Made by a program: the position numbers and the translations under genes. From an uncultured Bacillota bacterium (GTDB lineage: Bacteria; Sysuimicrobiota; Sysuimicrobiia; Sysuimicrobiales; Segetimicrobiaceae), in the NCBI GenBank assembly GCA_963787105.1, contig CAWBBU010000013.1:8994-72993 (forward strand): a stretch of DNA of 64,000 bases, in the 5' to 3' direction. The notes below the pieces were generated by a model, which searched no databases, was not told the DNA's origin, and was given only the letters and a program-made list of their open reading frames with translations. Below are positions 1 through 12,164 of the stretch, piece after piece (position 1 is the stretch's first letter; every line of letters starts with the position of its first letter).

Positions 1-679
1 GCTCGCCGCCCTCCTGGCGGACCAGGGCGGCCAGCGCGTACGTGTTGGCGTCCCGGACCTGGCCCGGACCCGGCCGGTGGTCCGGCGGGACGATCTCGTC
101 GCCCGTCGGCACGACCGCGACGCGCGGCCGGAGAAAGACCTCCGCGTCGGCGACGCCGATCGCCGCCAAGAGGCCGAGGTCCTGCGGCCGCAGCCGTACG
201 CCGGTCTTGAGCGCGATGTCGCCCGCGTGGACGTCTTCGCCGCGGCGAATAATGTTATCCGCGCGGCGCGCGGGCCGCGCGACCGCGATCGTGCGCGCCC
301 CGCGCACGTCGACGTCCTCAAGCATGACGACCGCGTCGGCGCCGTCCGGCAGCATGCCGCCGGTCGGGATCCGGACCGCGGTGCGCGCGCCGACCGCCGT
401 GCGGGCGGGCTCGCCCATCAGCACCTCTCCGACCAGCGCCAGGATCACCGGCGCACCGACCGACGCGCCCGCCACGTCCTCCGCGCGGACCGCGTAGCCA
501 TCCACCGTCGAGCGATCGAACTCGGGGAGATCCTCCGGGGCATGGGCATCGCGCGCGAGCACGCGGCCGAACGCGTCCGCCAGCGGCACCCGCTCGGTGC
601 CACGCGGCTGTGGAACGAACGCCCGCGCGTATCGCGCCTTGGCTTCGGTGGGGGTCAACAATGCGGTGAATCCGGGCAT
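1..679 (-). CDS. moeA: Molybdopterin molybdotransferase MoeA (5' part; runs off the window edge)
   Basis: Manual translation from ATG 679: [14 protein letters not shown]...GRVLARD...[17 protein letters not shown]...[20 protein letters not shown]...[14 protein letters not shown]...[12 protein letters not shown]. These are MoeA hallmark motifs. Confidence 0.9.
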   Translation of the reverse strand, partial: MPGFTALLTPTEAKARYARAFVPQPRGTERVPLADAFGRVLARDAHAPEDLPEFDRSTVDGYAVRAEDVAGASVGAPVILALVGEVLMGEPARTAVGARTAVRIPTGGMLPDGADAVVMLEDVDVRGARTIAVARPARRADNIIRRGEDVHAGDIALKTGVRLRPQDLGLLAAIGVADAEVFLRPRVAVVPTGDEIVPPDHRPGPGQVRDANTYALAALVRQEGGE

Positions 680-847
680 CACCTTCTTAGTATAACATGG
701 CCCATTCGGACGCCAAACGCGGCGCTGCCGGAGGAGTCTCAGGGGGCGCGACGAACGAGGAGTGTGCGCGACGCCCTCGAACAACACCATAACGCGGACG
801 GCGGTCGCTCGGATGGACCGCCTGGGGACGCTTCGAGAGGGAGCGGC

Positions 848-2689
<1,842 letters not shown>

Positions 2690-2746
2690 CCCGCGCGCGT
2701 TCACGGTCCACCCCCGCGGCGTTCCGTTTCAGCGCCATCTGACCGG

Positions 2747-3977
2747 TCACGCGCGCGACCGGCGGCGACGGATCACGGCGCCGACGACAAGCGTGCCCGC
2801 AAGGCCGGCCCCGCCGCCGACCAAGAGCCCCGCCGACAGGCCCCACATCCCCACGAGCCCGCCCACCAGGAGTGAGCCGAACGGGGTCGTCCCATTCCAA
2901 ATCAGCGCGTAAATGCTCATCACCCGCCCGCGCAGCGCGTCGGGTGTCAGGAACTGCGTGGTGCTGTTCGAGACGGCACTAAAGATCACCATCGCGGCCC
3001 CGGCCAGGAACAGCAGGACGGCGGCCGCGTCCGCCCGCGCGGCAAGACTCAGCGCCATCGTGGTCACCGACAGCACGACGGCGGACGCATACAGGTAGGC
3101 GCCTCGCGGAAAGCTGCGTCCCCTCGACGCGACGAGGAGGCCACCGAGCACAGCCCCGGCCCCGTTCGCCGCCGCCAGGAATCCAAACCCCGCCGCGCCG
3201 AGCCCCAGCCGCGCCTGCGCGAGCACCGGAATGAAAATATTGTAGTTCGTCGGGAAGAGGCTCATCACCGTGAGCAGCACGAGGAGCCACAGGATCGCGG
3301 GCGTCCGGGAGACGAACGCCGTCCCCTCTCCGATGCGATTGATGAGCCCGGTCCAAGACGCGACGGGCTGCGCTGGCAAACCGCGCATCGCAGAGAGCGC
3401 CGCGATCACCGCGAGGAAGCTCGCGGCATTCGCGAGAAACGCCACCCCGACCCCCCACGCCGCAATCGTGAGCCCGGCCACGGCCGGTCCCGAGACGCGC
3501 GCCACTGAACAGCGACGAGTTCAATGCCACCGCCGCGGAGATATCGTCGGATCCTTCCACCATCTCCACCACGAACGCCTGCCGGGCGGGAAAATCGAAC
3601 GCGCCCACGATCCCGAACAGCACCGCGAGCACGGCCACGTGCCAGTACCGCACCCGGCCGAGGACGCTCAGCATGCCGAGGCACAGGGCCAGGAGGAGAA
3701 AGGTCGTCTGCGTCCCGATGAGGAGACGGCGCTTCGACACGCGGTCCGCGACGACTCCGGCGGGCAGTGAGAAGAGGAGCGAGGGAAGCCACTGCAGCGC
3801 GCTGACGATGCCCAGCAGGAACGCCGAGTGCGTCAGTTGCAGCACGAGCCACGCCTGTCCCACGGACTGCATCCACGTGCCGATGAGCGACACGGACTGG
3901 CCGGCGAAGAACAGCTGAAAGTTTCGGTGCCGCAGCGGGGCGAGCGCCGGCGACGTGCGGAGGCGGTGCAGCATCAT
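2747..3977 (-). CDS. MFS transporter (DUF894/MFS_3-like), frameshifted near 3490
   Basis: N-half LRHRNFQLFFAGQSVSLIGTWMQSVGQAWLVLQLT...GVVADRVSKRRL; C-half GPAVAG...LRGRVMSIY. The two halves lie in different frames and join at ...SLFSGAR. Confidence 0.85.
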
Positions 3978-4009
3978 CTCGATCGCGCCCCCCTGGAGAC
4001 GGGCCGCCG

Positions 4010-4363
4010 TCAGAGACGCCCGAGATGCGTGTCCGTGAACGCGCTCGGGTACTTGAGGCCGAAGCCGAGCAGCCGATCGATCCCGATGTGAGCGGCCAGA
4101 ATCAGCGCGCAGGCCACGACGATGCCATGGTGCGTCAGGAGACCGGCGCCCGCCAGGATGCCGGCGGTCGTATACGTGTGGACCAGATTGTAGGCGGCCG
4201 CGCCGCGCCGCGGCCCGGCAAGATAGCCGAGCATGGAGAGGTCGGGAACCAAGAAGAGCACCGCGAACACAAGCCAGCCCGCGCCGTGGAACGCATACAG
4301 CCACACGGCCAGCACCGCTGCGGTGAGACCCTCAAGCCGGATCAGCACGCTGGGTCGAAGCAC
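4010..4363 (-). CDS. DUF4260-family membrane protein
   Basis: LIRLEG...LFLVPDLSMLGYLAGPRRGAAAYNLVHTY...AHIGIDRLLGFGLKYPSAFTDTHLGR. GTG start 7 nt after GGAGGAG. Confidence 0.8.
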   Translation of the reverse strand: MLRPSVLIRLEGLTAAVLAVWLYAFHGAGWLVFAVLFLVPDLSMLGYLAGPRRGAAAYNLVHTYTTAGILAGAGLLTHHGIVVACALILAAHIGIDRLLGFGLKYPSAFTDTHLGRL

Positions 4364-4483
4364 ACCCACCCTCCTCCAGAAATTCCGCGGGTCCCGTGCG
4401 AGACGCCCGCCGTGCCGCTCCTGGGCCCTCGAGGGGTGACGCACCGGGCGGCGCCGGCGCCATCCGGATCACTCCGGGCACCC

Positions 4484-5326
4484 TTACTTCACGTAGTGAT
4501 CGAGAAAACTGATGACGTCACCGCTCCAGAGCGAGATCCCCTCAATACCGAAGATCAGATGTCCTAGGGCGATACCCTGCTGCTGCGCGAGCGCGGAGGC
4601 GGCGGGTGACGGATGGAACGCCGGGTAGATCTTCACCTGTTCGGGGCGATTCGCAGCGTGCAAGATGTTTGCCAGCGTCGTGACGGCATCCGTCGTGGTG
4701 TCGTTCTCCGCATCCATGAACAGGACGGGGGTCTGAATCCCGCGCGCCGACTCCACGAGCGCCGCACGCAGTTCGGGGCTGTGGGTCCACGTGAGCGCGC
4801 CTCCCGCCTGATCAACGGCCCCGCGGAACGCGTCGGTTCGGGCGCACGCGAACACGGTCACGATGCCGCCGAGCGACCAGCCCATCACACCCATGTGTGT
4901 GACATCCACGCCCGGAACCGTGGCGAGGAACGACGCCGCCGCGAGCACATCGTCGGTTTCGGCCCGCATCCGGGCGATGAACTTCGCCCCAACGTCCCGC
5001 CCGACCGCTTCGGTGTAGGTCGGGCCGTCGGATGCGCCGTACCCTCGACGTTCCGGGACGAACACCGCGTAGCCGGCCTGCGAGAGCGGGACGCCCACGT
5101 ACCGGAACGGCACGGGCGTGCGTTCCTCGCCCTCTCGGCTTCCGTGGTTATACAGGATGACCGGGAAGGGACCGGGGCCCTGAGGCAGGTAGAGGTACCC
5201 CTGAATGCGGAGGGATCCGCTCGAATAGACGAGCGTCCGGAACGGCGCGGTCTGCGCCGGCGCCGTGCCGACGTCCAGAGCGACCACGGCGGCCAGCGCC
5301 GCTCCAAGCGCCGCCCGGCGCGTCAT
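4484..5326 (-). CDS. Secreted dienelactone-hydrolase-like alpha/beta hydrolase
   Basis: Twin-Arg-like signal MTRRAALGAALAAVV; nucleophile elbow GWSLGG; ILYNHGS, PERRGYGASDG, END and GH motifs. Confidence 0.8.
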   Translation of the reverse strand: MTRRAALGAALAAVVALDVGTAPAQTAPFRTLVYSSGSLRIQGYLYLPQGPGPFPVILYNHGSREGEERTPVPFRYVGVPLSQAGYAVFVPERRGYGASDGPTYTEAVGRDVGAKFIARMRAETDDVLAAASFLATVPGVDVTHMGVMGWSLGGIVTVFACARTDAFRGAVDQAGGALTWTHSPELRAALVESARGIQTPVLFMDAENDTTTDAVTTLANILHAANRPEQVKIYPAFHPSPAASALAQQQGIALGHLIFGIEGISLWSGDVISFLDHYVK

Positions 5327-5436
5327 GCGGCGAGACCCGGGCCGGCCTCGCACGCGTCCCCCATCACCGGGGTCGGACGTCCACCCGCCGGCGCTCCCCG
5401 TCTCACGATGCGCTCGGGGCGTGGCGGCCGACGATC

Positions 5437-6618
5437 TCATCGGACGACCCCCATCTCGCGGCCCACGCGTGCGCAGATCTCGAGCGCCTGATCAAGATCC
5501 TGCGGCGTGTGACCGGCGCTCACGATCGTGCGCACCCGCGCCTGTCCCCGCGGCACCGTCGGGAAGACGATCCCGGGCGCGAACACGCCCTCCTCGAAAA
5601 GCCGGTCGGAGAACCGCATCGCCTCGGCCTCGCCCCCAATCATGATCGGGGTGATCGGCGTCTCGCTCGCGCCCGTGTCGAATCCGAGGCGCCTGAGCCC
5701 CGCCTTGAACTGCCGCGTATTGTCCCACAGCCGCTCGATGAGGCCGGGATTCCGCTCGATCAGGTCGAGCGCGGCGAGCGCGGTGGCCGCCACGGACGGC
5801 GGATGGGACGTGCTGAACAGCTGCGGCCGGGCGCGCTGCATGAGAAACTCGATCAGCGACCGCCGGCCCGCGACGTAGCCTCCAAGGCACGCCCACGCCT
5901 TGCTGAGCGTGCCGACCTGAATGTCCACCTGGTCGTGCATCCCGAAGTGCTCGACGGTGCCGCGCCCGCCGGCCCCCATCACCCCGCTCGCGTGCGCGTC
6001 GTCGACCATCATGATCGCCCCGAACTCCCGGGCGAGCGCGCACAGCTCGGGGAGCGGCGCGACGTCCCCGTCCATGCTGAAGACGCCGTCGGTGATCAGC
6101 AGCACGCGCCGGGCCCCGCGGGCCTCCGCCAGCGACCGCCGCGCCGCCGCGACATCCTTATGGGGAAAGATCTTTCGGTCGGCGCCGCTCAACCGGCATC
6201 CGTCGATGATGCTCGCGTGGTTCAGCGCGTCGCTTACCACGACGTCGCCCTTGCCGAGGATCGCCGACACGGTCCCCGCGTTGGCGGTGAACCCGGACTG
6301 ATACAGGAGCGCCGCCTCGGTGCGCTTGAACACCGCCAGCCGGCGCTCAAGCTCGTCGTGGATCGCCATGTTGCCGGCGAGCGTCCGCACGGCTCCCGAG
6401 CCGACCCCGTACGCGTCAATCGCCGCCCGCGCCGCCGCCTTCAGCGTCGGGTCATTCGCCAGGCCGAGATAATTGTTCGCGCACAGGTTGATGACCCGGC
6501 GGCCGTCGTAGACGCAGACGGGCGCCTGCTCGCCCTCGAGCTCGCGGGGCCACCGGTACACGCCGCTCTCTCGCAGCCCGCGGAGTTCGTCATCGAGAAA
6601 CGCCAGCGCGTCGCTCAT
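5437..6618 (-). CDS. kbl: Glycine C-acetyltransferase / 8-amino-7-oxononanoate synthase family PLP enzyme
   Basis: NLCANNYLGLAN, NHASIIDG, DGVFSMDG, DDAHASG, GTLSKA (PLP Lys), FPTVPRGQARVR. RBS GGAGGAGG. Confidence 0.85.
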   Translation of the reverse strand: MSDALAFLDDELRGLRESGVYRWPRELEGEQAPVCVYDGRRVINLCANNYLGLANDPTLKAAARAAIDAYGVGSGAVRTLAGNMAIHDELERRLAVFKRTEAALLYQSGFTANAGTVSAILGKGDVVVSDALNHASIIDGCRLSGADRKIFPHKDVAAARRSLAEARGARRVLLITDGVFSMDGDVAPLPELCALAREFGAIMMVDDAHASGVMGAGGRGTVEHFGMHDQVDIQVGTLSKAWACLGGYVAGRRSLIEFLMQRARPQLFSTSHPPSVAATALAALDLIERNPGLIERLWDNTRQFKAGLRRLGFDTGASETPITPIMIGGEAEAMRFSDRLFEEGVFAPGIVFPTVPRGQARVRTIVSAGHTPQDLDQALEICARVGREMGVVR

Positions 6619-6699
6619 CCACGACACCTCCTCCACGCGCGCACGGTGACCGGGCGGCGCGTCATGCGGCCCCCGAACGCCCGGCGCCTCAGGCGGCGC

Positions 6700-8403
6700 T
6701 CATCCAACCGGCGTCCCGCCGCCGCTCGCCGGGCCGGCACCCGCGAGCGCCCGCCGGTAGCCCTCGAGATCGAGGTGGAGCTCTCCCGTACGCGCGGCCG
6801 CGGCACGTGCGATCAACGCGGTGGTGCGCGCCTGCGCGTCGATGGGATCCCTCACGCCGCCGTCGGACTCCACGATCGCGTTGAGGTCGTAGCAGCGCGT
6901 CGCGCGGTGCAGCATCCGGAACAACTCGCCCTCGCACGCGAGCGTCGGCGGCACGGAGGGGGATCGCTCAAACGCCTGGTAGAACGCCTCGGCACCGCCG
7001 GCACGGGCCGCCGCCTCGGCCGCGAGCGCGTCGACGGCGGCGCGCTCCGCCGGGGGAGACGCCGCACGGTGCGGGTTGTACGCGACCTCGCGCGTGCCGT
7101 CGGGTGCCTCCCCGGTCAGCACGCGCGTGATGAACGGCGCGAGCGGGAGCGAGGCGAGGACGGTCCGGTCGCGCGGGTCCCGCCGCAGGAGCACGACGGT
7201 CGACAGCGGCACGCCGTCCATCGGGTTTGCGACCACGCGGCCGCCGGCGCCGCCCCATGCGAAATCCACCATCCCGCGCGCCGCCGGGCACGCGAGCAGC
7301 GCCGCCAGGCGGCCGCGCAGATCGTCCCGGGACCCGAGCGACCCGGCATCCGGCGCGGCGGCCAGCAGCACCGCGTCCGCAAGGCCGTCGAGCTCCGCAG
7401 CGCGGGACGCTATCCACTCCGGCACCGCGTCCGGGACATTTTCGAGCGGCGACTCGAAGAGCGCGGGGGCGATCGCGGGGATGAGGCCGACGAGGTCGCT
7501 TCGGACGTACGCGCCCTTGGCGCCCGCGTAGGCGCGCGCTTCGATCGGGCTGGCAAGATCGAGCGCGGAGAGCGGCGCGCGAATGTCCGCGTGATCGAGG
7601 CCGGCGCCGCGGATCTCTCCGGCCGCCCCGCGGTGCGCCTCGAGCCATCGGAACACGCGGTAGCCGCGCACCGGCCGCCCGTGTACCGGGACCACCTCGA
7701 ACGGCGCGATCCGCCGGCCGTCGCGCATCGCGAGCGTATACCGCACGAACACCATGTTGTGAGACACAAGGCGGGCGTCCGCGTCGCCGGCCGCGAGGCC
7801 AAACGCCGCCGCGGACTTCCCGGTCCCGGCCGGGCCGAGGCTCAGCACACCGCCGTCCCGGCCGCCGACGCACCCCGCATGGATGGCGTGGATACCGCGC
7901 TCCTCGGCGAGGAGACGGCCGACCGCCGCGAGCGCTGCCGACCACAGCTCGCCGTAGTACGTGGTGTTGAACAGGACGACCGTTCCGCTGCGGTGGCTGT
8001 AGTAGGCACCTTCCTGCTGGTCGGGCACCCCCCCGATCGCGTAGAGGGTCACCTGCGGTCGGGCCGGCGGGGTGAAGCCGGTCGCGCGGCGCCACTCGTC
8101 CGGACGATACCAGTGGAGGGTCCAAAACTGTTCGAGGTGCGTCGAATTCGTGATCACGCGCACGCGGACGCCGTGGATCACGGCATCGCACACGGCGAGC
8201 GGCTCCCCCGCGGCGTGACGGACGACGTGCTCGACCGCCGACGTCACCAGCTCGTCCCGGCGCCCCTCCACGCGGTCGATCGACACGTCCCGGCCGGCGA
8301 GGAGTGCTTTGGCGCGCGTGATGATGTTGCCGCGCCCGATCGGGGAGCCCGGCCACTCAAGCGCCTTCGCGTTGGGAGGATCGGGAAACACAAACGGGTC
8401 CAC
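6700..8403 (-). CDS. Uncharacterised PEPCK(ATP)/HPr-kinase-superfamily P-loop protein
   Basis: NTTYYGELWS, IHAGC, Walker A GPAGTGKS, PLENV and VVLLRRD occur in the same order as the PckA motifs. Confidence 0.65.
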   Translation of the reverse strand: MDPFVFPDPPNAKALEWPGSPIGRGNIITRAKALLAGRDVSIDRVEGRRDELVTSAVEHVVRHAAGEPLAVCDAVIHGVRVRVITNSTHLEQFWTLHWYRPDEWRRATGFTPPARPQVTLYAIGGVPDQQEGAYYSHRSGTVVLFNTTYYGELWSAALAAVGRLLAEERGIHAIHAGCVGGRDGGVLSLGPAGTGKSAAAFGLAAGDADARLVSHNMVFVRYTLAMRDGRRIAPFEVVPVHGRPVRGYRVFRWLEAHRGAAGEIRGAGLDHADIRAPLSALDLASPIEARAYAGAKGAYVRSDLVGLIPAIAPALFESPLENVPDAVPEWIASRAAELDGLADAVLLAAAPDAGSLGSRDDLRGRLAALLACPAARGMVDFAWGGAGGRVVANPMDGVPLSTVVLLRRDPRDRTVLASLPLAPFITRVLTGEAPDGTREVAYNPHRAASPPAERAAVDALAAEAAARAGGAEAFYQAFERSPSVPPTLACEGELFRMLHRATRCYDLNAIVESDGGVRDPIDAQARTTALIARAAAARTGELHLDLEGYRRALAGAGPASGGGTPVG

Positions 8404-8543
8404 CGAGGCCTCCGGACCGGAGCCGATGCCGACGGGTTCGCGCCACGAGCCCGACCCCCAAGGGTTCGGGACCAGGCCTACTAGGCCCCCTCCTTCAGGC
8501 GCGGGGACCGGCGCGCGTCCCGGCGAACCCGACCCATCGCGAC

Positions 8544-9656
8544 ATGCTGCGCTGGAGGCACCGAGTGAATCGGATTCCCATCGGGTTTCTCGTCCGGCAC
8601 CTCATTCGCGTGGTCGGGTCCCGGCTGTTGTGGCGGAGGCGGCCTTCCCCGTTTGCCTACGACGAGACGGTGCGCGGGCCGTGTGTGGGCCTGCGCCGAC
8701 CCGGGCGCGATTCCCGAGGCCGCTCCCCCGCCTGCCGGGCATCGAAGGCGTGGTCTTAATGGAGGATCGCCACCCGCAGTTCTTCCTGTCGTTCCGCGAG
8801 TTTGCGCCGGCGGCCCCGACGGGCCTGAACCGCCACGGCCCGCTCCACGCCTGGACCACGCAGCAGGATCTGAAGGACCTGGTCGGCGCCCTCCGCGCGC
8901 AGGGCATTCGGGTCGCGATCGGGGTCTGGAACTACGGTGGATGGTGGCCGCTCCCGCGGTCTCCCTGGCTGCGCGGCCATCCGGAGCTGCGGCGAATACC
9001 GGGGAGTTCCGACCTCGACCCGTTCGTGCGCATTCAGCCGGACGGGATCGGGTACGCGGAATATATCGGACGCCAGTACGAACGCCTGAGGGCGGCGTTC
9101 GGATTCGACGATCTCATGCTCGGCGACGGCTTCTGCGGCTATCGGCTCGTTCATGGTCCCGGACCGCTACGACGACCGCGAGGACGCGATCCCGGCCTGG
9201 ACCGATTTTTACCGCACCGTCGCCTCGTGGGTCCACCGCGCGAACGGCATGCTGCTCGCGTACGACCGGATGGGGTTTTCGTACGAGGAGGCAAGACGCC
9301 ACGGCGCCGACTATCGCGCGCTCGCCGGCGCCGGGCTCGACGTGCTCGTGTACCAATCCTATCCGCAGGCCTGGGGCGGGTACTGGCTCACGCACCACGG
9401 CGACCGGTTTGGACTCGACGCATGCGTCTCCAACCTCGCTTCGGTTCGCGAGGCACTGCGGGGGACCCCGCTCCGGATCCTGTACACGGCCGAGTTGGGC
9501 GACTCCGTCGAACGGTGGGCCGCAGACCCCGCCGCCACACGCCGGGAGTATGCCGCGCTCGACCCGCTGGCGGACGGCCGGTTCCTCGTGTGGGCGAACG
9601 ACCTCTTCGCCGAATCTCGAAACTCCCACTGGCTCGCTGAACCGCACGTGCATTGA
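8544..9656 (+). CDS. Hypothetical TIM-barrel / glycoside-hydrolase-like protein, broken by at least 2 indels (about 8690-8730 and 9150)
   Basis: Coding-like segments in successive frames: ...LVGALRAQGIRVAIGVW..., FGFDDLMLGDGFCG, LDVLVYQSYPQAW. Confidence 0.5.
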
Positions 9657-9748
9657 CCGAGCGGCTAGGAGTGCGTCATCGCCAGGCTCTGGTGGAAGAC
9701 TCCGTCGTCACGGATCGAGACCCCTGACCCGTCGCGCCCCGAGCCGGG

Positions 9749-10249
9749 CTATGACGCGCGGGGCGCGGGGCGCTCGGGCCAGACGACCGCCATGGCGAGG
9801 CCGACCGCGATGCCGATCGTCACCTCCGTAAACCGGTGCGCCGCCATGACCCACGCCGGCTCCTGGTGGACGACCAGCACGACGATGGCCAGCGTCACGC
9901 TCGCAAAGCGGTACGCGGTACGTTCCAGGTGCAGCGCCGCGCAGGCGAGCCCCAGGATGAACACGCCGGCAACGAACACGGGCACATTCGACCCGACATA
10001 CTGCACGAGGAGGGCACCGGCGAGCGCGCCGAGCGCGGTCCCGACCATCTGTTGCCCGGCGTTCGCCACCGTCGCCGCGAGCGTCGACTGCATCACGATC
10101 AGCGTCGTAATAGCGGCCCAATACACCTCAGGCAGCTGGAGCGTCCGCGCGATCACGAGCGACAGCAGGGCGGCGACCGCCGTTTTCGTCGTATGCTCGA
10201 GCGATGGGACGTTATCTCCCTGGAGACCCCACGCCTTCAAGCGCCCCAT
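9749..10249 (-). CDS. FUSC / aromatic acid exporter family membrane protein
   Basis: HTTKTAVAALLS...YWAAITTLIVMQST...GTALGA...RFTEVTIGIAVGL. Confidence 0.8.
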   Translation of the reverse strand: MGRLKAWGLQGDNVPSLEHTTKTAVAALLSLVIARTLQLPEVYWAAITTLIVMQSTLAATVANAGQQMVGTALGALAGALLVQYVGSNVPVFVAGVFILGLACAALHLERTAYRFASVTLAIVVLVVHQEPAWVMAAHRFTEVTIGIAVGLAMAVVWPERPAPRAS

Positions 10250-10364
10250 GCCCTCGCCCCCGTCATCCCCATCGTCACCCGAACGCGCGGGGCATCGCCC
10301 GGAATCGCACGACACCCGCCGCCGTGGGGATCGTCGCTGATCGGGCCGCGTGTGGTGCTCCGCC

Positions 10365-12164
10365 CTACCCCGCCAGGTCGGCGGGCGCAAGGGTCGGCGT
10401 GTTTGACAGAAGCTCGATCGTGTACGGATCGCGCGGCCGGTCGAGCACGTCCGCCGCGGCGCCCTCTTCGACGAACCGGCCGTCGCGAATAATCACGACA
10501 CGGTCCGCGATCGTGCGCACGAGCGCGAGGTGGTGGGTGATGAACAGGATCGTCAATCCCATGTCGCGCCGCAGCCGCCCGAGCAGTTCGAGGATCGAGG
10601 CTTGAATCGACACGTCGAGCGACGAGGTGATCTCGTCACAAATGAGCAGGCGCGGCTCGGCCGCCAGCGCCCGCGCGATCGCCACGCGCTGTCGCTCGCC
10701 GCCGCTGAGCTGGCTCGGATAGCGCGACTCGAAGGCCGGGTCCACCGCCACGCGTCCAAGCAGCTCCCGCACGCGGGCGCGCCGATCGGACGCGGCGAGG
10801 CCGAAGACCTCGAGCGGCAGCGCAATCGCCTGGCCCACGCTGTGCCGGGGATTCAACGACGCGAAGGGGCTTTGGAAGACGTACTGAATGCTTCGCCGAA
10901 GCTCGGGGGACCGCTGCTTCGCCGCGAGCAGCACCTCCTGGCCGTCGAAGAGGATCGCGCCGTCGGCGCGGCCGACGTGCAGTCCGCTGATGCAGCGGGC
11001 GAGCGTCGTCTTGCCGCTGCCCGACTCGCCGACGAGCGCGAGACATTCGCCCTCGCTGACGGCGAGATCGACGCCGCGCAGCACCGGTCCGCGCCCGTAC
11101 GATGCCGAGAGCGTGCGCACTTCGACGACCGGGGCCCTGCGCCCGGCGGCGCCCCCCAGGCTCCAGAGCGCTCCATCGACGGCCCCGGCCTCCGCGGTGA
11201 CCGCCTGCACGAACCCGGCCCGAATGCAGCGCGCGCGGTGATCGACCCCGACCCGCTCGAACGCCGGGAGCCGCTCGGTGCAGGCCGGCTCCACAAATTC
11301 GCAGCGGCCGGCAAACGGACACGCGTCCTCCCGGTCCCGCGGGCTCAGCGGCGAGCCGACGATCCCCACGAGGGTCCGCCGCTCGCGCACGCTCGGCGTC
11401 GCGAGCAAGAGGCGGCGGGTGTACGGATGCGCCGGCCGCCCGACGATGACGTCGGTCGGCGCTTCCTCGACCAGCATCCCCGAGTACATCACGCCGAGCT
11501 TGTTCGCAAACCCCGCGATGACCGCGAGGTCGTGCGTGACGTAGACGGCGGCCGCCTGCTCTGTCGCGATCAGCTCGCGGATCGTCTCGAGCACGTGGCC
11601 CTGGGTCGTCACGTCGAGCCCCGTCGTCGGCTCGTCGAGCACGAGCACGCGGGGCCGGCAGAGGACCGCCATCGCGATCGACACGCGCTGCAGCTGGCCG
11701 CCGGAGAGCTGATGCGGGTAGCGGGCGAGAAATTCCGCCGACGTCGGCAGCTGCACCTTCGCAAGCACATCGTGCATGCGCGCGTCGCCGTCCGTGTCCG
11801 CGCGGCCGTGCGCCGACAGCGTCTCGCGCAGCTGCACCCCGATGCGCAGCGCCGGATTCAGCGAGGCGGTCGGGTCCTGCGGCACGTAGGAGATCAGGCG
11901 CCCGCGGGCGCGGCGGCGGGCGGATTCGTCGGCGCCGATCATCTCGACGCCGTCCACCTCGACCGACCCGCTGAGCCGCGTGCCGGGACGCGGGTAGCCG
12001 AGCAGCGCCAGCGCGACGGTCGTCTTCCCCGAGCCGGATTCGCCGACCAGACCGAACACGTCGCCGGGGCGCAGCGACAGATCGAAGCCCTCGACGATCG
12101 CGTACGGCCGCGCCCCCGTCACCACGACGCGCAGGCCGGTCGCGCGGAGCACGTCGCCCGTCAC
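10365..12164 (-). CDS. Peptide ABC transporter ATP-binding protein (two fused ATPase domains)
   Basis: Two Walker A motifs GESGSGKTT, signatures LSGGQLQR and LSGGERQR, DEPTTGLD and DEITSSLD. GTGA overlap with the upstream permease. Confidence 0.9.
   Translation of the reverse strand: MTGDVLRATGLRVVVTGARPYAIVEGFDLSLRPGDVFGLVGESGSGKTTVALALLGYPRPGTRLSGSVEVDGVEMIGADESARRRARGRLISYVPQDPTASLNPALRIGVQLRETLSAHGRADTDGDARMHDVLAKVQLPTSAEFLARYPHQLSGGQLQRVSIAMAVLCRPRVLVLDEPTTGLDVTTQGHVLETIRELIATEQAAAVYVTHDLAVIAGFANKLGVMYSGMLVEEAPTDVIVGRPAHPYTRRLLLATPSVRERRTLVGIVGSPLSPRDREDACPFAGRCEFVEPACTERLPAFERVGVDHRARCIRAGFVQAVTAEAGAVDGALWSLGGAAGRRAPVVEVRTLSASYGRGPVLRGVDLAVSEGECLALVGESGSGKTTLARCISGLHVGRADGAILFDGQEVLLAAKQRSPELRRSIQYVFQSPFASLNPRHSVGQAIALPLEVFGLAASDRRARVRELLGRVAVDPAFESRYPSQLSGGERQRVAIARALAAEPRLLICDEITSSLDVSIQASILELLGRLRRDMGLTILFITHHLALVRTIADRVVIIRDGRFVEEGAAADVLDRPRDPYTIELLSNTPTLAPADLAG

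Noticed and set aside
77-847. Long N-terminal extension of the PEPCK ORF
   Set aside because: It overlaps moeA on the opposite strand and is Arg-rich shadow sequence. The real start is ATG 848, which has an RBS.
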